Assembly: GCA_963776805.1 (NCBI GenBank)
Contig: CAVZOD010000028.1
Location: 369,657 to 401,656, forward strand
Source of the DNA: Bryobacterales bacterium
Lineage (GTDB): Bacteria > Acidobacteriota > Terriglobia > Bryobacterales > Bryobacteraceae
Length of the DNA: 32,000 nt
Direction of reading: 5' to 3'
The notes below the pieces were generated by a model. It ran no database searches. It was given only the letters and a program-made list of their open reading frames with translations, and was not told the DNA's origin. The position numbers and the translations under genes are program-made. This document shows, one piece after another, positions 1 to 8,703 of this stretch. Numbering within the stretch: the stretch's first letter is position 1; the number at the start of each line of letters is the position of its first letter.

Positions 1-40
1 CAGCGCCATCAGCCCTCCCACTCCGATTTTCACGCAATGC

Positions 41-805
41 ATGATTGCTTCGGTGGTCATCATGTTCTGGATGGCCATTATGTGGGGCGGCTGGCCTTTC
101 ACCGCCTTCATCAAGAATCCAATTGGAGTGGGAGTGGCGATGATGGTGGCCTGCTATGCCATCAACTACATTTTCTTCCGCATCTTCTTTAATTTCGATT
201 TCTTGAAAGGCGCGCCGGTGTACGTTCCCTCCCAGGATCCGCACGGCCTTTTCAGCGGCTGGACGTGCGTGGTGTTCTATGTGACGGCCATCACGGTGAT
301 GTTCCTGTCCTTAAACTTTGACCTGTGGCCATTCACCAAATCGCCCGCTCTGATGAAACAGCCCATGCTGGGCATCGTGTGGACCATTGTGTCTCTCATC
401 ATCGGCTGGGGCGCCTATTATATCGGCGTGGACGTGCTGAAGATGGACCAGGTGGATTTCATGGTGGAGGTCCCCATTCCATTCCTCTTCGGAACCATTT
501 TCATCCTGAACATGCTCCAGGGATCGCTGTTCGCCAATTTCAAACAGCCTCTCAAGGGTGTATTGAATGCCGTCACCGCAGCGGTGCTGGGCAACCTGTT
601 TGCCATCATGTATCGAGCGCTGGCGCATGTGGTTACCGGAAAACTCGAGAACGGGGCGCCGTCGTACCAGTCGGAAATCTGGCTCGCTTCGGCGCTGCTG
701 TCCGTGACATTTCCGTTCCTGGTGGCCTACGCCGACTTCTTCACCATGTGGCCGCTGCAGCGCGCCAAAGCCGAGCGAGTCCTGGAGACCGCGGGCGGGC
801 GCTGA
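41..805 (+). CDS. Polytopic integral membrane protein, function unknown (may start upstream of window)
   Basis: 254-aa track ORF, strongly hydrophobic with several TM-length segments. The frame stays open back to nt 2, so the true start may lie outside the window. No family recognised. Confidence 0.6.
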   Translation: MIASVVIMFWMAIMWGGWPFTAFIKNPIGVGVAMMVACYAINYIFFRIFFNFDFLKGAPVYVPSQDPHGLFSGWTCVVFYVTAITVMFLSLNFDLWPFTKSPALMKQPMLGIVWTIVSLIIGWGAYYIGVDVLKMDQVDFMVEVPIPFLFGTIFILNMLQGSLFANFKQPLKGVLNAVTAAVLGNLFAIMYRALAHVVTGKLENGAPSYQSEIWLASALLSVTFPFLVAYADFFTMWPLQRAKAERVLETAGGR

Positions 806-824
806 TCCCCTTTTTCCAAAATTA

Positions 825-1208
825 GTGTTTTTTCCAATCACTGAAGCGATTCACGTCATGGCCCTGGCGTTCTCCGTGGGCGCCATCGTGATCGTCGATC
901 TGTGGCTGCTGGGATTCGGAACGCGTGACCAGGCCATCGCTAAGACGCTAGCTTCGTGGACCTGGGCGGGATTCGCCATCATGCTGGTCACCGGCGCCGC
1001 ATTGTTCTTTTCGAACGTCAATCGTTACGTTGACAACCCTGGATTCCTGGCGAAGATGGTCCTGCTCGCTCTCGCTTGGCTCGCGCATTTCACTGTGCAT
1101 CGGAAGGCGGTGCGGGCGGGAAATGGGCGAGCCGCCGCCATCCTCTCGCTGATCTTATGGTCCTCTGTCGTGATTAGCGCCAAGGCGATCGCTGATCTCG
1201 ACGCCTAG
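825..1208 (+). CDS. Small integral membrane protein (tandem paralog 1)
   Basis: 127 aa with a GTG start 19 nt after the upstream stop and about 4 hydrophobic helices. The segment IHVMALAFSVGAIVIVDLWLLG parallels LHVLGIAWFGGALLFSVM in the next ORF. It may belong to a DUF-type small membrane protein family (unverified). Confidence 0.6.
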   Translation: MFFPITEAIHVMALAFSVGAIVIVDLWLLGFGTRDQAIAKTLASWTWAGFAIMLVTGAALFFSNVNRYVDNPGFLAKMVLLALAWLAHFTVHRKAVRAGNGRAAAILSLILWSSVVISAKAIADLDA

Positions 1209-1212
1209 CGCG

Positions 1213-1584
1213 ATGTCCCTATTGGCGATCTGCCGCTGGATTCAAGAGACGCCATCCAGCACGCTTCTGCGCGAATCCACCTGGGGATTTACCATCCTGG
1301 GATCATTGCACGTGCTCGGAATCGCATGGTTCGGAGGGGCGCTGCTGTTTTCGGTAATGCGCCCGTGGAAGCGGATCGGCTTGGCCTGGATGCTCCTCAC
1401 TGGCGTTCTTCTGTTCTGGCTGGAACCGTTGAAATGCTACAACAGCATCTCGTTTCGCGTGAAAATGCTATTGCTCATCTCGCTGGTTTTCGCCGCGCTT
1501 CTGCCGGCCAAACTCGCCTACGCGCTGTCGCTCATCCTGTGGGCCGCTGTGATCCTGGCGTCGCAAGGAATCGCCTTCTTTTGA
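1213..1584 (+). CDS. Small integral membrane protein (tandem paralog 2)
   Basis: 123 aa with an ATG 4 nt after the previous stop. Size and helix layout match the preceding ORF. Confidence 0.6.
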   Translation: MSLLAICRWIQETPSSTLLRESTWGFTILGSLHVLGIAWFGGALLFSVMRPWKRIGLAWMLLTGVLLFWLEPLKCYNSISFRVKMLLLISLVFAALLPAKLAYALSLILWAAVILASQGIAFF

Positions 1585-1796
1585 ATCTGGCACGTCGGAC
1601 GGTTTCGTCGGTCCGCCTTCTCTCGGCGACTTCAAGCCCAGTGGCCTCAGGCTGGAAGCTCAAACGAACCCTGCCGGCGAACCCCAAGTATTAGTCCAGG
1701 AGGTCACTTTCCGTCACTGACAGCGGCTCCGTTTGACGCCGCGCCTGATCTTGCTGTAGCGTGATCTGTGGCCATCGCTATTTTGGGAGAAGGCTC

Positions 1797-2807
1797 ATGC
1801 AAAACTTTGGCGCGGGACTAATCATCGCGGTTCTGGCTTCGTTCGCTCTGGGCCAAACGCCACCGCCTGAACCAGATCGTCCGCTGGGGCCATCGGGCCG
1901 CATCCAGGCGCGCTTCGCGCCGCCGCCACGGATTAACAAGTTCACCGCCGAGCCTGGCTCCATTCAACCCGGCCAGTCGTTCTTGTTGGTTTGGGGCGCC
2001 GAAAATCCCGCCGGCATTACCATCACGCCGGGAATTGGCACAGTGGCTGCCCGCGGAACCCGCAGAATCACTCCCCAGGCGACCACAACCTACACCATCA
2101 CAGTGCACGGCGCGAAGAATACACTGGTCACCAAGTCGATCACGGTGACCGTCGCCGGAACCGTTCCGATCAATGCCGAAGCCGCCCCGGATATAAAGAA
2201 AGACGTTCCCCGCATGGCCGACGGCAAGCCCGATCTTTCCGGCGTGTACAATCTTGCGGGCCGCGCCGCCGATGCCCCGCCGGAATTAAAGCCGGGAGCC
2301 GAGAAATTCAAGGTAATCCGCGGGCCCAACGACGCGGGCCTCTACGCGGACTGTATGCCCACTGGCGTTCCTCAAAGCTACTTCGTCCCCTACCAGTGGC
2401 AAATCGTGCAAGGCCGCGACAAAGTGGTCATCCTCCACGAATACCTGCACCTGTTTCGCATCATTCCGACCGACGGCTCACCGCATCCCGCCGATCCCGA
2501 TCCCACCTGGATGGGCGACTCCATCGGCCATTGGGAGGGCGACACACTGGTGGTGGATACCATCGGGTTCAACGACAAGACCGAGCTGCCCGGCGGTTAT
2601 CGCCACAGCGAGGCACTGCACGTGGTGGAGCGCTTCCACCGGATCGATTTCGATCATCTGCAGTGGGATGCCACCATCGAAGACCCCAACGTTTTCGCCA
2701 AGCCTTGGACCCTGAGCCGGGTTTTCCCGCTCCGCGGCGACCTGGAAAAGGTGGACGAGTACGTCTGCGAGAACAATCGGAACTACAAAGATCTGTTCGG
2801 CAAATGA
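1797..2807 (+). CDS. Secreted protein of unknown function (signal peptide, Ig-like N-domain, conserved C-domain)
   Basis: Track ORF 1761..2807. I chose ATG 1797, which is preceded by GGGAGAAGG. The N-terminus MQNFGAGLIIAVLASFALGQ looks like a signal peptide. A beta-rich T/V segment is followed by a C-domain containing WEGDTLVVDTIGFND. No function recognised. Confidence 0.65.
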   Translation: MQNFGAGLIIAVLASFALGQTPPPEPDRPLGPSGRIQARFAPPPRINKFTAEPGSIQPGQSFLLVWGAENPAGITITPGIGTVAARGTRRITPQATTTYTITVHGAKNTLVTKSITVTVAGTVPINAEAAPDIKKDVPRMADGKPDLSGVYNLAGRAADAPPELKPGAEKFKVIRGPNDAGLYADCMPTGVPQSYFVPYQWQIVQGRDKVVILHEYLHLFRIIPTDGSPHPADPDPTWMGDSIGHWEGDTLVVDTIGFNDKTELPGGYRHSEALHVVERFHRIDFDHLQWDATIEDPNVFAKPWTLSRVFPLRGDLEKVDEYVCENNRNYKDLFGK

Positions 2808-2936
2808 TGCCATGAGCGATTTCACACAGGCCGTTTTGAGGCCCTTCGCTCATTTGCCAGGAAAATCGCCTTTTCTGCGCCTCTAAATTGCGGTTTTTCA
2901 ATTGCATCCCGTAGTCCTGCATTAGCAGGAGGGCAA

Positions 2937-4112
2937 ATGGGACAGATTGTTGCAGCCATGGCGACCATGCACGCGCCGCAGCTTTTCACGCGGCCGCCGG
3001 AAGAGGACCCCAAGCAACTCGACGCTGGAATCGCCGCCATGCTCCGGCTCGGCAAACTGCTGGATGAAGCCAAACCGGACGCATTGATCATCTTCGCCAG
3101 CGATCATATGGAGACCTTTTTTCTGAAGAGCGTCCCGACGTTTGCGATCATGTCGTGCGAAAACGCCACCGCGGCCTTCGCCGGCCGCACCTGGAATCCG
3201 CCCATCCATCAGGGTCTCGCCGAAGTGGTGCTGGACCAACTGGTGGCGCGGGACTTTGACATGGCTTATTCCCAGGAAGCCGACCTGGGCCATTCCTTCG
3301 CGGCCATCTTCGAATGGGTGCTCCAGAACCGCGCGATTCCGGTGGTTCCCATCTTCATCAATACTTACTTGCCGCCGCTGCCTAGCGCCCGTCGCTGTGC
3401 CGCGCTAGGTAAAGCCATCGCGGAGATCGTGGCTTCGCGGCCGGAACGCGTGGCAGTGCTCGCGAGCGGCGGCATGTCGCATTATCCCGGCACCTGGAAA
3501 TACTACAAACCCGCCTACGATTTCGATCGCTGGTGCATTCATGAACTCGAGAACGGCCATAGCGACTCGTTCATCAACCTCAGCGCGGAGCAGCTCGACG
3601 AAGTTGGAAACACGGAAATGTTGCCCTGGGCCGCGGTGCTGGGAGCGGTTGGGCCGCAACACACGGAACTGCTCTCCTATCAGGAGACCACGCATCATGG
3701 ACACGCTGTCGCTGTCTTCCATCCTGGTGAAAAACCCAACGCCGAGCCTCCTCAAGCCTACACGTTTCACAACCATCCCTACCACTTCTACAACCATCCG
3801 CCGCTCGCAGCGTACAAGCTGAATAAGCTGCTCTATGATCTGCGATTCAAGCCCAGCCTGCGGGTGCGAGCCTTCCACGACGTGGTGGCCGTCGCCGCCG
3901 AGTATGGCTTGAGCCCGGAACACACGCTGGCGCTTGAAGAGACGTTCCTGTTCCGGCATATCAACGGCGACAAACCGGGGCGCGATGCCGATCCGCTGGC
4001 GGCAGTGGGAGCGCATCCCATCGGCGCGCTGATGGCCGTCCACACGTTGCAGCAGGAGAAACGCAAGCTGCCGGCTCCCGCGCCGCGCGTCAAAGAACCG
4101 GCTCTCGTGTAG
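2937..4112 (+). CDS. Class III extradiol ring-cleavage dioxygenase, LigB-LigA fusion (gallate / protocatechuate 4,5-dioxygenase-like)
   Basis: 391 aa with an AGGAGG RBS. The N-terminal part carries LigB-type motifs (TMHAP, SDHMETFF, GGMSHYPG). The C-terminal part resembles the LigA small subunit (YKLNKLLYDLRF...YGLSPEH). GalA/DesB-type gallate dioxygenases have the same fused architecture. Confidence 0.8.
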   Translation: MGQIVAAMATMHAPQLFTRPPEEDPKQLDAGIAAMLRLGKLLDEAKPDALIIFASDHMETFFLKSVPTFAIMSCENATAAFAGRTWNPPIHQGLAEVVLDQLVARDFDMAYSQEADLGHSFAAIFEWVLQNRAIPVVPIFINTYLPPLPSARRCAALGKAIAEIVASRPERVAVLASGGMSHYPGTWKYYKPAYDFDRWCIHELENGHSDSFINLSAEQLDEVGNTEMLPWAAVLGAVGPQHTELLSYQETTHHGHAVAVFHPGEKPNAEPPQAYTFHNHPYHFYNHPPLAAYKLNKLLYDLRFKPSLRVRAFHDVVAVAAEYGLSPEHTLALEETFLFRHINGDKPGRDADPLAAVGAHPIGALMAVHTLQQEKRKLPAPAPRVKEPALV

Positions 4113-4146
4113 CAGGCCGAATATGCTATTCTTCCGCTCAGGCTGA

Positions 4147-4608
4147 ATGGCGATTCGCGACGCATTGCTTCAGGAATTCGATCAGGAAATGTCCAGCACG
4201 CGGAAGCTCCTGGAGTGCGTGCCCGAAGATAAATTCGCGTGGAAACCACACGAAAAATCCTCCACGCTCGGCAGGCTGGCGAACCACCTGGCGCAAATTC
4301 CGTATTCGGCCGCGGCCGTCATCCGCGGGCAGGCCAAGCGGCCGATCGACGTGGCATCCAAGGCTGAGCTGCTGGAGTTAGCCGACAAAAACATCGCGGC
4401 GGCACGGGAAGCCATCTCGATCGTGAGCGACCAGCACCTCATCGAATCGAGGGCGGCCAGTCTGTTTTTCGGAATGCCGCGCCTGGAGTTTCTGCGGCGG
4501 CGAGTGATCAATCACGTTGTCCACCACCGCGGGCAACTGACGGTTTATCTTCGCCTGTTGGATGTGCCGGCGCCGGGAGTGTACGGGCCCTCGGCCGATG
4601 AGAAATAG
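4147..4608 (+). CDS. DinB-family (DinB/YfiT-like four-helix bundle) protein
   Basis: 153 aa. N-terminal FDQEMSSTRKLLECVPEDKFAWKP and C-terminal NHVVHHRGQLTVYLR are typical DinB-family features. Confidence 0.75.
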   Translation: MAIRDALLQEFDQEMSSTRKLLECVPEDKFAWKPHEKSSTLGRLANHLAQIPYSAAAVIRGQAKRPIDVASKAELLELADKNIAAAREAISIVSDQHLIESRAASLFFGMPRLEFLRRRVINHVVHHRGQLTVYLRLLDVPAPGVYGPSADEK

Positions 4609-4610
4609 CC

Positions 4611-5279
4611 ATGCAACTCGAAGCCAAGCCGGAACCGGTGGAAGTGGATCTCGCCAACTCGGCGGTGGTGGTGGTCGACATGCAGAATGCCTTCGCCAGC
4701 CGCAACGGGATGCTCGATATCGCCGGCGCCGATATTTCCGGCGCTCCCCGAGTGGTCAGCGTCATCAGCCAGGTTTTATCGGCCGCGCGCCGCTCCGGAA
4801 TGCCGGTGGTGTATTTGCAGATGGGGTACCAGGCGGACTTGAGCGATAGCGGCGGCCCTGAATCGCCCAACTGGCACAAGGAGCTCGGCATCCGTCTGAT
4901 GAATTGCCGTCCGGAGCTGAAGGGCAAGCTGGTCACCGCCGGCACGTGGGATTTCGCCATTGTGGACGAGCTGGCGCCCCAGCCGGGCGACATCGTGATC
5001 GTCAAGACACGCTACAGCGGATTTGCCCGCACCGCGCTCGATGCCGAGCTGCAAGCGCGCGGGGTACGGTATCTCTTCTTTACCGGAATCGCGACCAATG
5101 TGTGCGTGGAATCCACCCTGCGCGACGCATTTTTCCTCGACTACTGGCCGGTCCTGATCACCGACGCCACCCTGGCGGCGGGTCCGCCGTCCATGCAGGA
5201 AGCCACCCTGTTCAATATTGAAACCTATTTCGGCTGGACCATCCCCTCCCAAGAGTTTCTGGCAAAAGCCGCCCGTTAA
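4611..5279 (+). CDS. Isochorismatase-family cysteine hydrolase, RutB-like amidohydrolase
   Basis: 222 aa, starting 2 nt after the previous stop. It has the Asp-Lys-Cys triad context (VVVVDMQNAF, VKTRYSGF, GIATNVCVESTLRD). The C-terminal half is nearly colinear with E. coli RutB as I remember it (GKL..G.WD...VDEL.PQPGDIV..K.RYSGF...FTGIATNVCVESTLRD.FF..Y......DAT..AGP......A.LFNIET.FGW). Confidence 0.8.
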   Translation: MQLEAKPEPVEVDLANSAVVVVDMQNAFASRNGMLDIAGADISGAPRVVSVISQVLSAARRSGMPVVYLQMGYQADLSDSGGPESPNWHKELGIRLMNCRPELKGKLVTAGTWDFAIVDELAPQPGDIVIVKTRYSGFARTALDAELQARGVRYLFFTGIATNVCVESTLRDAFFLDYWPVLITDATLAAGPPSMQEATLFNIETYFGWTIPSQEFLAKAAR

Positions 5280-5330
5280 CCAGAACTCTTGAAAACTGCC
5301 TCGCGCCCGATAAGGCTACTCAGGAAGCTT

Positions 5331-6974
5331 ATGGACTCGCAAATGACGGTTGGAAAGAAACTGACGCTGATCGGCGCGCTGCTCATCGGATTGACCATTG
5401 TATTGGGAGTTGTCTCCCTGCTCGGGCTGAAAAGCTATGACAAGTCGATGCACTCCCTCGCAGACGATGCGCTGGCGGGCGTTTCCGCCTGTAGCAAAAT
5501 GGAGTCCGATTTCCTGGAAATGCGGGGCGACATGTGGAGACATGTGGCGTCCGACGATTCCAGTGACATGGAGCACATGAATCAAGAAATCCAGCGCCTG
5601 AAGACCAAAATCGCGTCGGAAAATAAGGATGTTCAAAGCGCCATCTTTACCGACGAGGAGCGAGCGATCAATCAGAAGGTCGATCCCGGGCTCCAGCGAT
5701 ACTATGACCTATGGGATAAAGTCAAAGGATTGAGCGAAGCCAAGAAAAATGAAGAAGCATACAAGATGCTTACAGAAGGTACGGCGACTTACGAAGACAT
5801 TAGCAACTCCATCCATGCCGAGACCGAATACAACCGTGCCCTTGGCACTAAGTACACTGCCGAAGCGCTCGCAACGGGCACGCGGGTGAAGTCGCTCACC
5901 TGGCTGCTCCTGCTGCTCGCGGTCGGGCTGGGAAGCGGAACCTTATACCTGTTTGTGCGCAGCCTGACCCGGGCGTTGCGCCAGGCCGTCACCGAATTGA
6001 GCGAGGGCGCGGGACAAGTGGCCAGCGCGTCGGCGCAGGTGGCATCCTCCAGCCAGGCGCTCGCGCAAGGCTCTTCCGAACAGGCCGCATCACTGGAAGA
6101 GACCTCGGCATCGAGCGCGGAGATCACGTCGATGACGCAAAAGAACGCCGAGAATTCTTCCACCGCCGCCAGCCTCATGACCGACGTTGATCATCGGGTT
6201 ACCGAAGGCAATCAGACGCTGCAAGAAATGATGCAATCCATGCAGGAGATCACCGGATCGAGCGATAAGATTTCGAAAATCATCAAGGTCATCGACGAGA
6301 TTGCTTTCCAGACCAACATCCTCGCGTTGAACGCGGCCGTGGAAGCGGCGCGCGCCGGTGAAGCTGGCATGGGGTTTGCGGTAGTGGCCGATGAAGTCCG
6401 CAGCCTGGCGCAGCGTTCCGCTCAAGCGGCCAAGGACACCTCCGCGTTGATCGAGGAATCGATCGCGAAATCCAATGAAGGGGGCACCCGGCTGCAGCGC
6501 GTCGCCGACGTGATGCGCGCCATCACGGAAAGCACCGTGAAGGTGAAGACGCTAGTGGACGAAGTCAATCTGGGCAGCCAGGAACAATCGCGCGGCATCC
6601 AGCAAATCTCCAAAGCCATCGCGCAAATGGATCAGGTGACGCAGGGTACTGCCGCCAGCGCCGAGCAGGGCGCATCGGCCAGCGAAGAACTGTCCGCGCA
6701 GGCCGAAGCCATGGGTCATACGGTTCGCAAGCTGTCCCGGATGGTGGATAGCGACGATCAAAATGGTGTCAGAAGGCCGCCGCCCGCCAAGCAAGTGCTG
6801 GCGTCTGCTGTCGCCTCCCGTAAACTTTTGCCGGCGCCGGCCAGCGGCGGCCTGCAGGCGCTCAAGTCGGCCGTCGCGAAATCACCGGGGTCGAGGCCCG
6901 CCTCGCGCCCATCGGTGGCCGCAGCCGAAACTCCCTCCGACGCCCAATTCCTCGAGAGCTTTAAGGAAATGTGA
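5331..6974 (+). CDS. Methyl-accepting chemotaxis protein (two TM helices, periplasmic helical sensor, no obvious HAMP)
   Basis: Track ORF 5289..6974. I chose ATG 5331, which follows AGGAAG. TM1 is [24 protein letters not shown], followed by a roughly 150-aa periplasmic helical region and TM2 [21 protein letters not shown]. The MCP signalling hairpin is highly conserved ([40 protein letters not shown]). The C-terminal tail is P/A/S-rich. Confidence 0.9.
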   Translation: MDSQMTVGKKLTLIGALLIGLTIVLGVVSLLGLKSYDKSMHSLADDALAGVSACSKMESDFLEMRGDMWRHVASDDSSDMEHMNQEIQRLKTKIASENKDVQSAIFTDEERAINQKVDPGLQRYYDLWDKVKGLSEAKKNEEAYKMLTEGTATYEDISNSIHAETEYNRALGTKYTAEALATGTRVKSLTWLLLLLAVGLGSGTLYLFVRSLTRALRQAVTELSEGAGQVASASAQVASSSQALAQGSSEQAASLEETSASSAEITSMTQKNAENSSTAASLMTDVDHRVTEGNQTLQEMMQSMQEITGSSDKISKIIKVIDEIAFQTNILALNAAVEAARAGEAGMGFAVVADEVRSLAQRSAQAAKDTSALIEESIAKSNEGGTRLQRVADVMRAITESTVKVKTLVDEVNLGSQEQSRGIQQISKAIAQMDQVTQGTAASAEQGASASEELSAQAEAMGHTVRKLSRMVDSDDQNGVRRPPPAKQVLASAVASRKLLPAPASGGLQALKSAVAKSPGSRPASRPSVAAAETPSDAQFLESFKEM

Positions 6975-7005
6975 AAGCTTCCGGCGGCATATAATCGATT
7001 CCAAC

Positions 7006-8538
7006 ATGCCGCCGAATCGTTCTAGCCTCATTGCCCCGTTGGCCCTGTTCTTGGGCGCTATAAACGCCGGGGCCGCAACCTGCGAGAGCCTGGCCTCCCT
7101 AAAGCTGCCGGACACTACCATCACCTCGGCGCAGTCCGTGGGGGCCGGCGCGTTCACCATGCCGTCCGGCGGATTCACGCCCTCGCCCATCTCGGCCAAC
7201 AGCCTGCCCCCTTTTTGCCGGGTGTCCGCTACCCTTCGCCCCAGCCAGGACTCCGACATCAAGATCGAAGTCTGGCTTCCCGCCGCCCACTGGAACGGCA
7301 AGTTCCAAGGCGTGGGGAACGGCGGTTGGACCGGTTCCATCAGCTATGACGCCCTGATGGCCGCACTTCAGAGAGGCTACGCCTCCGCCAGCACCGACAC
7401 CGGGCACGCAGGCGGCGTGGTGGATGGCAGCTTCGCGCTCGGCCATCCTGAGAAGGTGGTCGACTTCGGATATCGCGCAGTCCATGAAATGACGGTCCAA
7501 GCCAAGGCGATTGTCGCGGCCTACTACGACAAGCGCCCGCGATATTCCTACTGGATCGGATGCTCCTCGGGCGGCAAGCAAGGATTGAAGGAAGCGCAGC
7601 GCTACCCGAACGATTATGACGGCATCATCGCGGGCGCCCCAGCCAATAACTGGATCCATCTGATGACTTCGGTAGTCTGGCTGGGCGCAGCCACGCACCA
7701 AGATCCGGCCAGTTTCATTCCGCCGTCCAAATATCGAATGATGCATGACGCCGTCATCCAGGCTTGCGACGCTACCGATGGCCTGAGGGACGGGCTGATC
7801 GACGATCCGCGCCAGTGTCATTTCGATCCCAAGGTTCTCGCATGCCCGGGCGCCGATGCGCCCACCTGCCTCACCGCGCCTCAAGTGGAAGCGGCTAAGA
7901 AAATCTACGGTCCGGCCACCAATCCGCGCACCGGACAAGCGATCTTTCCGGGCCTCGAGCCGGGCAGCGAGCGCGGCTGGGCCTTCATGGCGGGCGGCCG
8001 GGAGCCGTCCGAGATCGGCATGGCGGAGTTCCGCGACATCGTCTATCACGATCCCAACTGGGACTGGCGCACCTTCGATTTCGACCAAGGCGTCGCGCTG
8101 GCCGAAACGGTGGATCGCAATATTATCACCGCCAACGATCCCAACCTGAAGCGGTTTTTCTCGCGTGGCGGAAAACTACTGATGTACCACGGCTGGACAG
8201 ATCCGCTGATTGCCCCTGAGAACAGCATCAATTACTACACCAGCGTTCTGGACAAAATGGGCGGCGCATCCAAGACCGGCAGTTCCATCCGCCTGTTCAT
8301 GGTCCCGGGGATGGATCATTGCGGCGGCGGCGAGGGTCCGAATTCGTTCGATTCCGTCGGCGCCATGGAGCAGTGGGTGGAAAGAGCTAATCCGCCAACC
8401 CGGATTGTGGCCTCACACTCAGCGGGGGGCCGGGTGGATCGCACGCGTCCGTTGTGCGCCTATCCGCAAGTTGCGCGCTATCAGGGATCGGGCAGTCTCG
8501 ATGACGCCGCCAACTTTGTGTGCACGCCGAAACCGTAA
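7006..8538 (+). CDS. Secreted tannase / feruloyl esterase family alpha/beta hydrolase
   Basis: Track ORF 6763..8538. The realistic start is ATG 7006 (MPPNRSSLIAPLALFLGAINAGAA, a signal peptide). The nucleophile motif is GCSSGGKQG, the length is about 510 aa, and several Cys pairs are typical of the tannase family. Confidence 0.8.
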   Translation: MPPNRSSLIAPLALFLGAINAGAATCESLASLKLPDTTITSAQSVGAGAFTMPSGGFTPSPISANSLPPFCRVSATLRPSQDSDIKIEVWLPAAHWNGKFQGVGNGGWTGSISYDALMAALQRGYASASTDTGHAGGVVDGSFALGHPEKVVDFGYRAVHEMTVQAKAIVAAYYDKRPRYSYWIGCSSGGKQGLKEAQRYPNDYDGIIAGAPANNWIHLMTSVVWLGAATHQDPASFIPPSKYRMMHDAVIQACDATDGLRDGLIDDPRQCHFDPKVLACPGADAPTCLTAPQVEAAKKIYGPATNPRTGQAIFPGLEPGSERGWAFMAGGREPSEIGMAEFRDIVYHDPNWDWRTFDFDQGVALAETVDRNIITANDPNLKRFFSRGGKLLMYHGWTDPLIAPENSINYYTSVLDKMGGASKTGSSIRLFMVPGMDHCGGGEGPNSFDSVGAMEQWVERANPPTRIVASHSAGGRVDRTRPLCAYPQVARYQGSGSLDDAANFVCTPKP

Positions 8539-8703
8539 ATCGACAGCGTGATACCGGCGGCACCTTTGGGCACGCACTCCCCCAAACCGGGTTTACAGCG
8601 GCGCACTTTGCCATGATCGCCGGATCTTATGGGACGGATTGCGCCCCACCCAACGCCGATTTGTGCACACGCGTCGGCGTATATGTTACGCTGCACACAA
8701 ACC

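Noticed and set aside
311-841. Long antisense or alternate-frame ORFs inside the first membrane-protein gene (176 aa minus strand, 166 aa plus strand)
   Set aside because: These are typical high-GC shadow ORFs with Arg/Gly/His-rich low-complexity translations. They fully overlap a convincing hydrophobic CDS.
4611-5279. RutB-like gene as evidence for a Rut pyrimidine-degradation operon
   Set aside because: No RutA, RutC, RutD, RutE, RutF or RutG-like genes are adjacent. I kept only the family-level call.
6763-7005. 81-codon N-terminal extension of the tannase ORF overlapping the 3' end of the MCP gene
   Set aside because: The extension is Arg/Pro-rich nonsense. ATG 7006 gives a clean signal peptide and avoids a 212-nt overlap.
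7099-8088. 329-aa minus-strand ORF antisense to the tannase gene
   Set aside because: Shadow ORF in GC-rich DNA with no motif content. The plus-strand product has clear family motifs.
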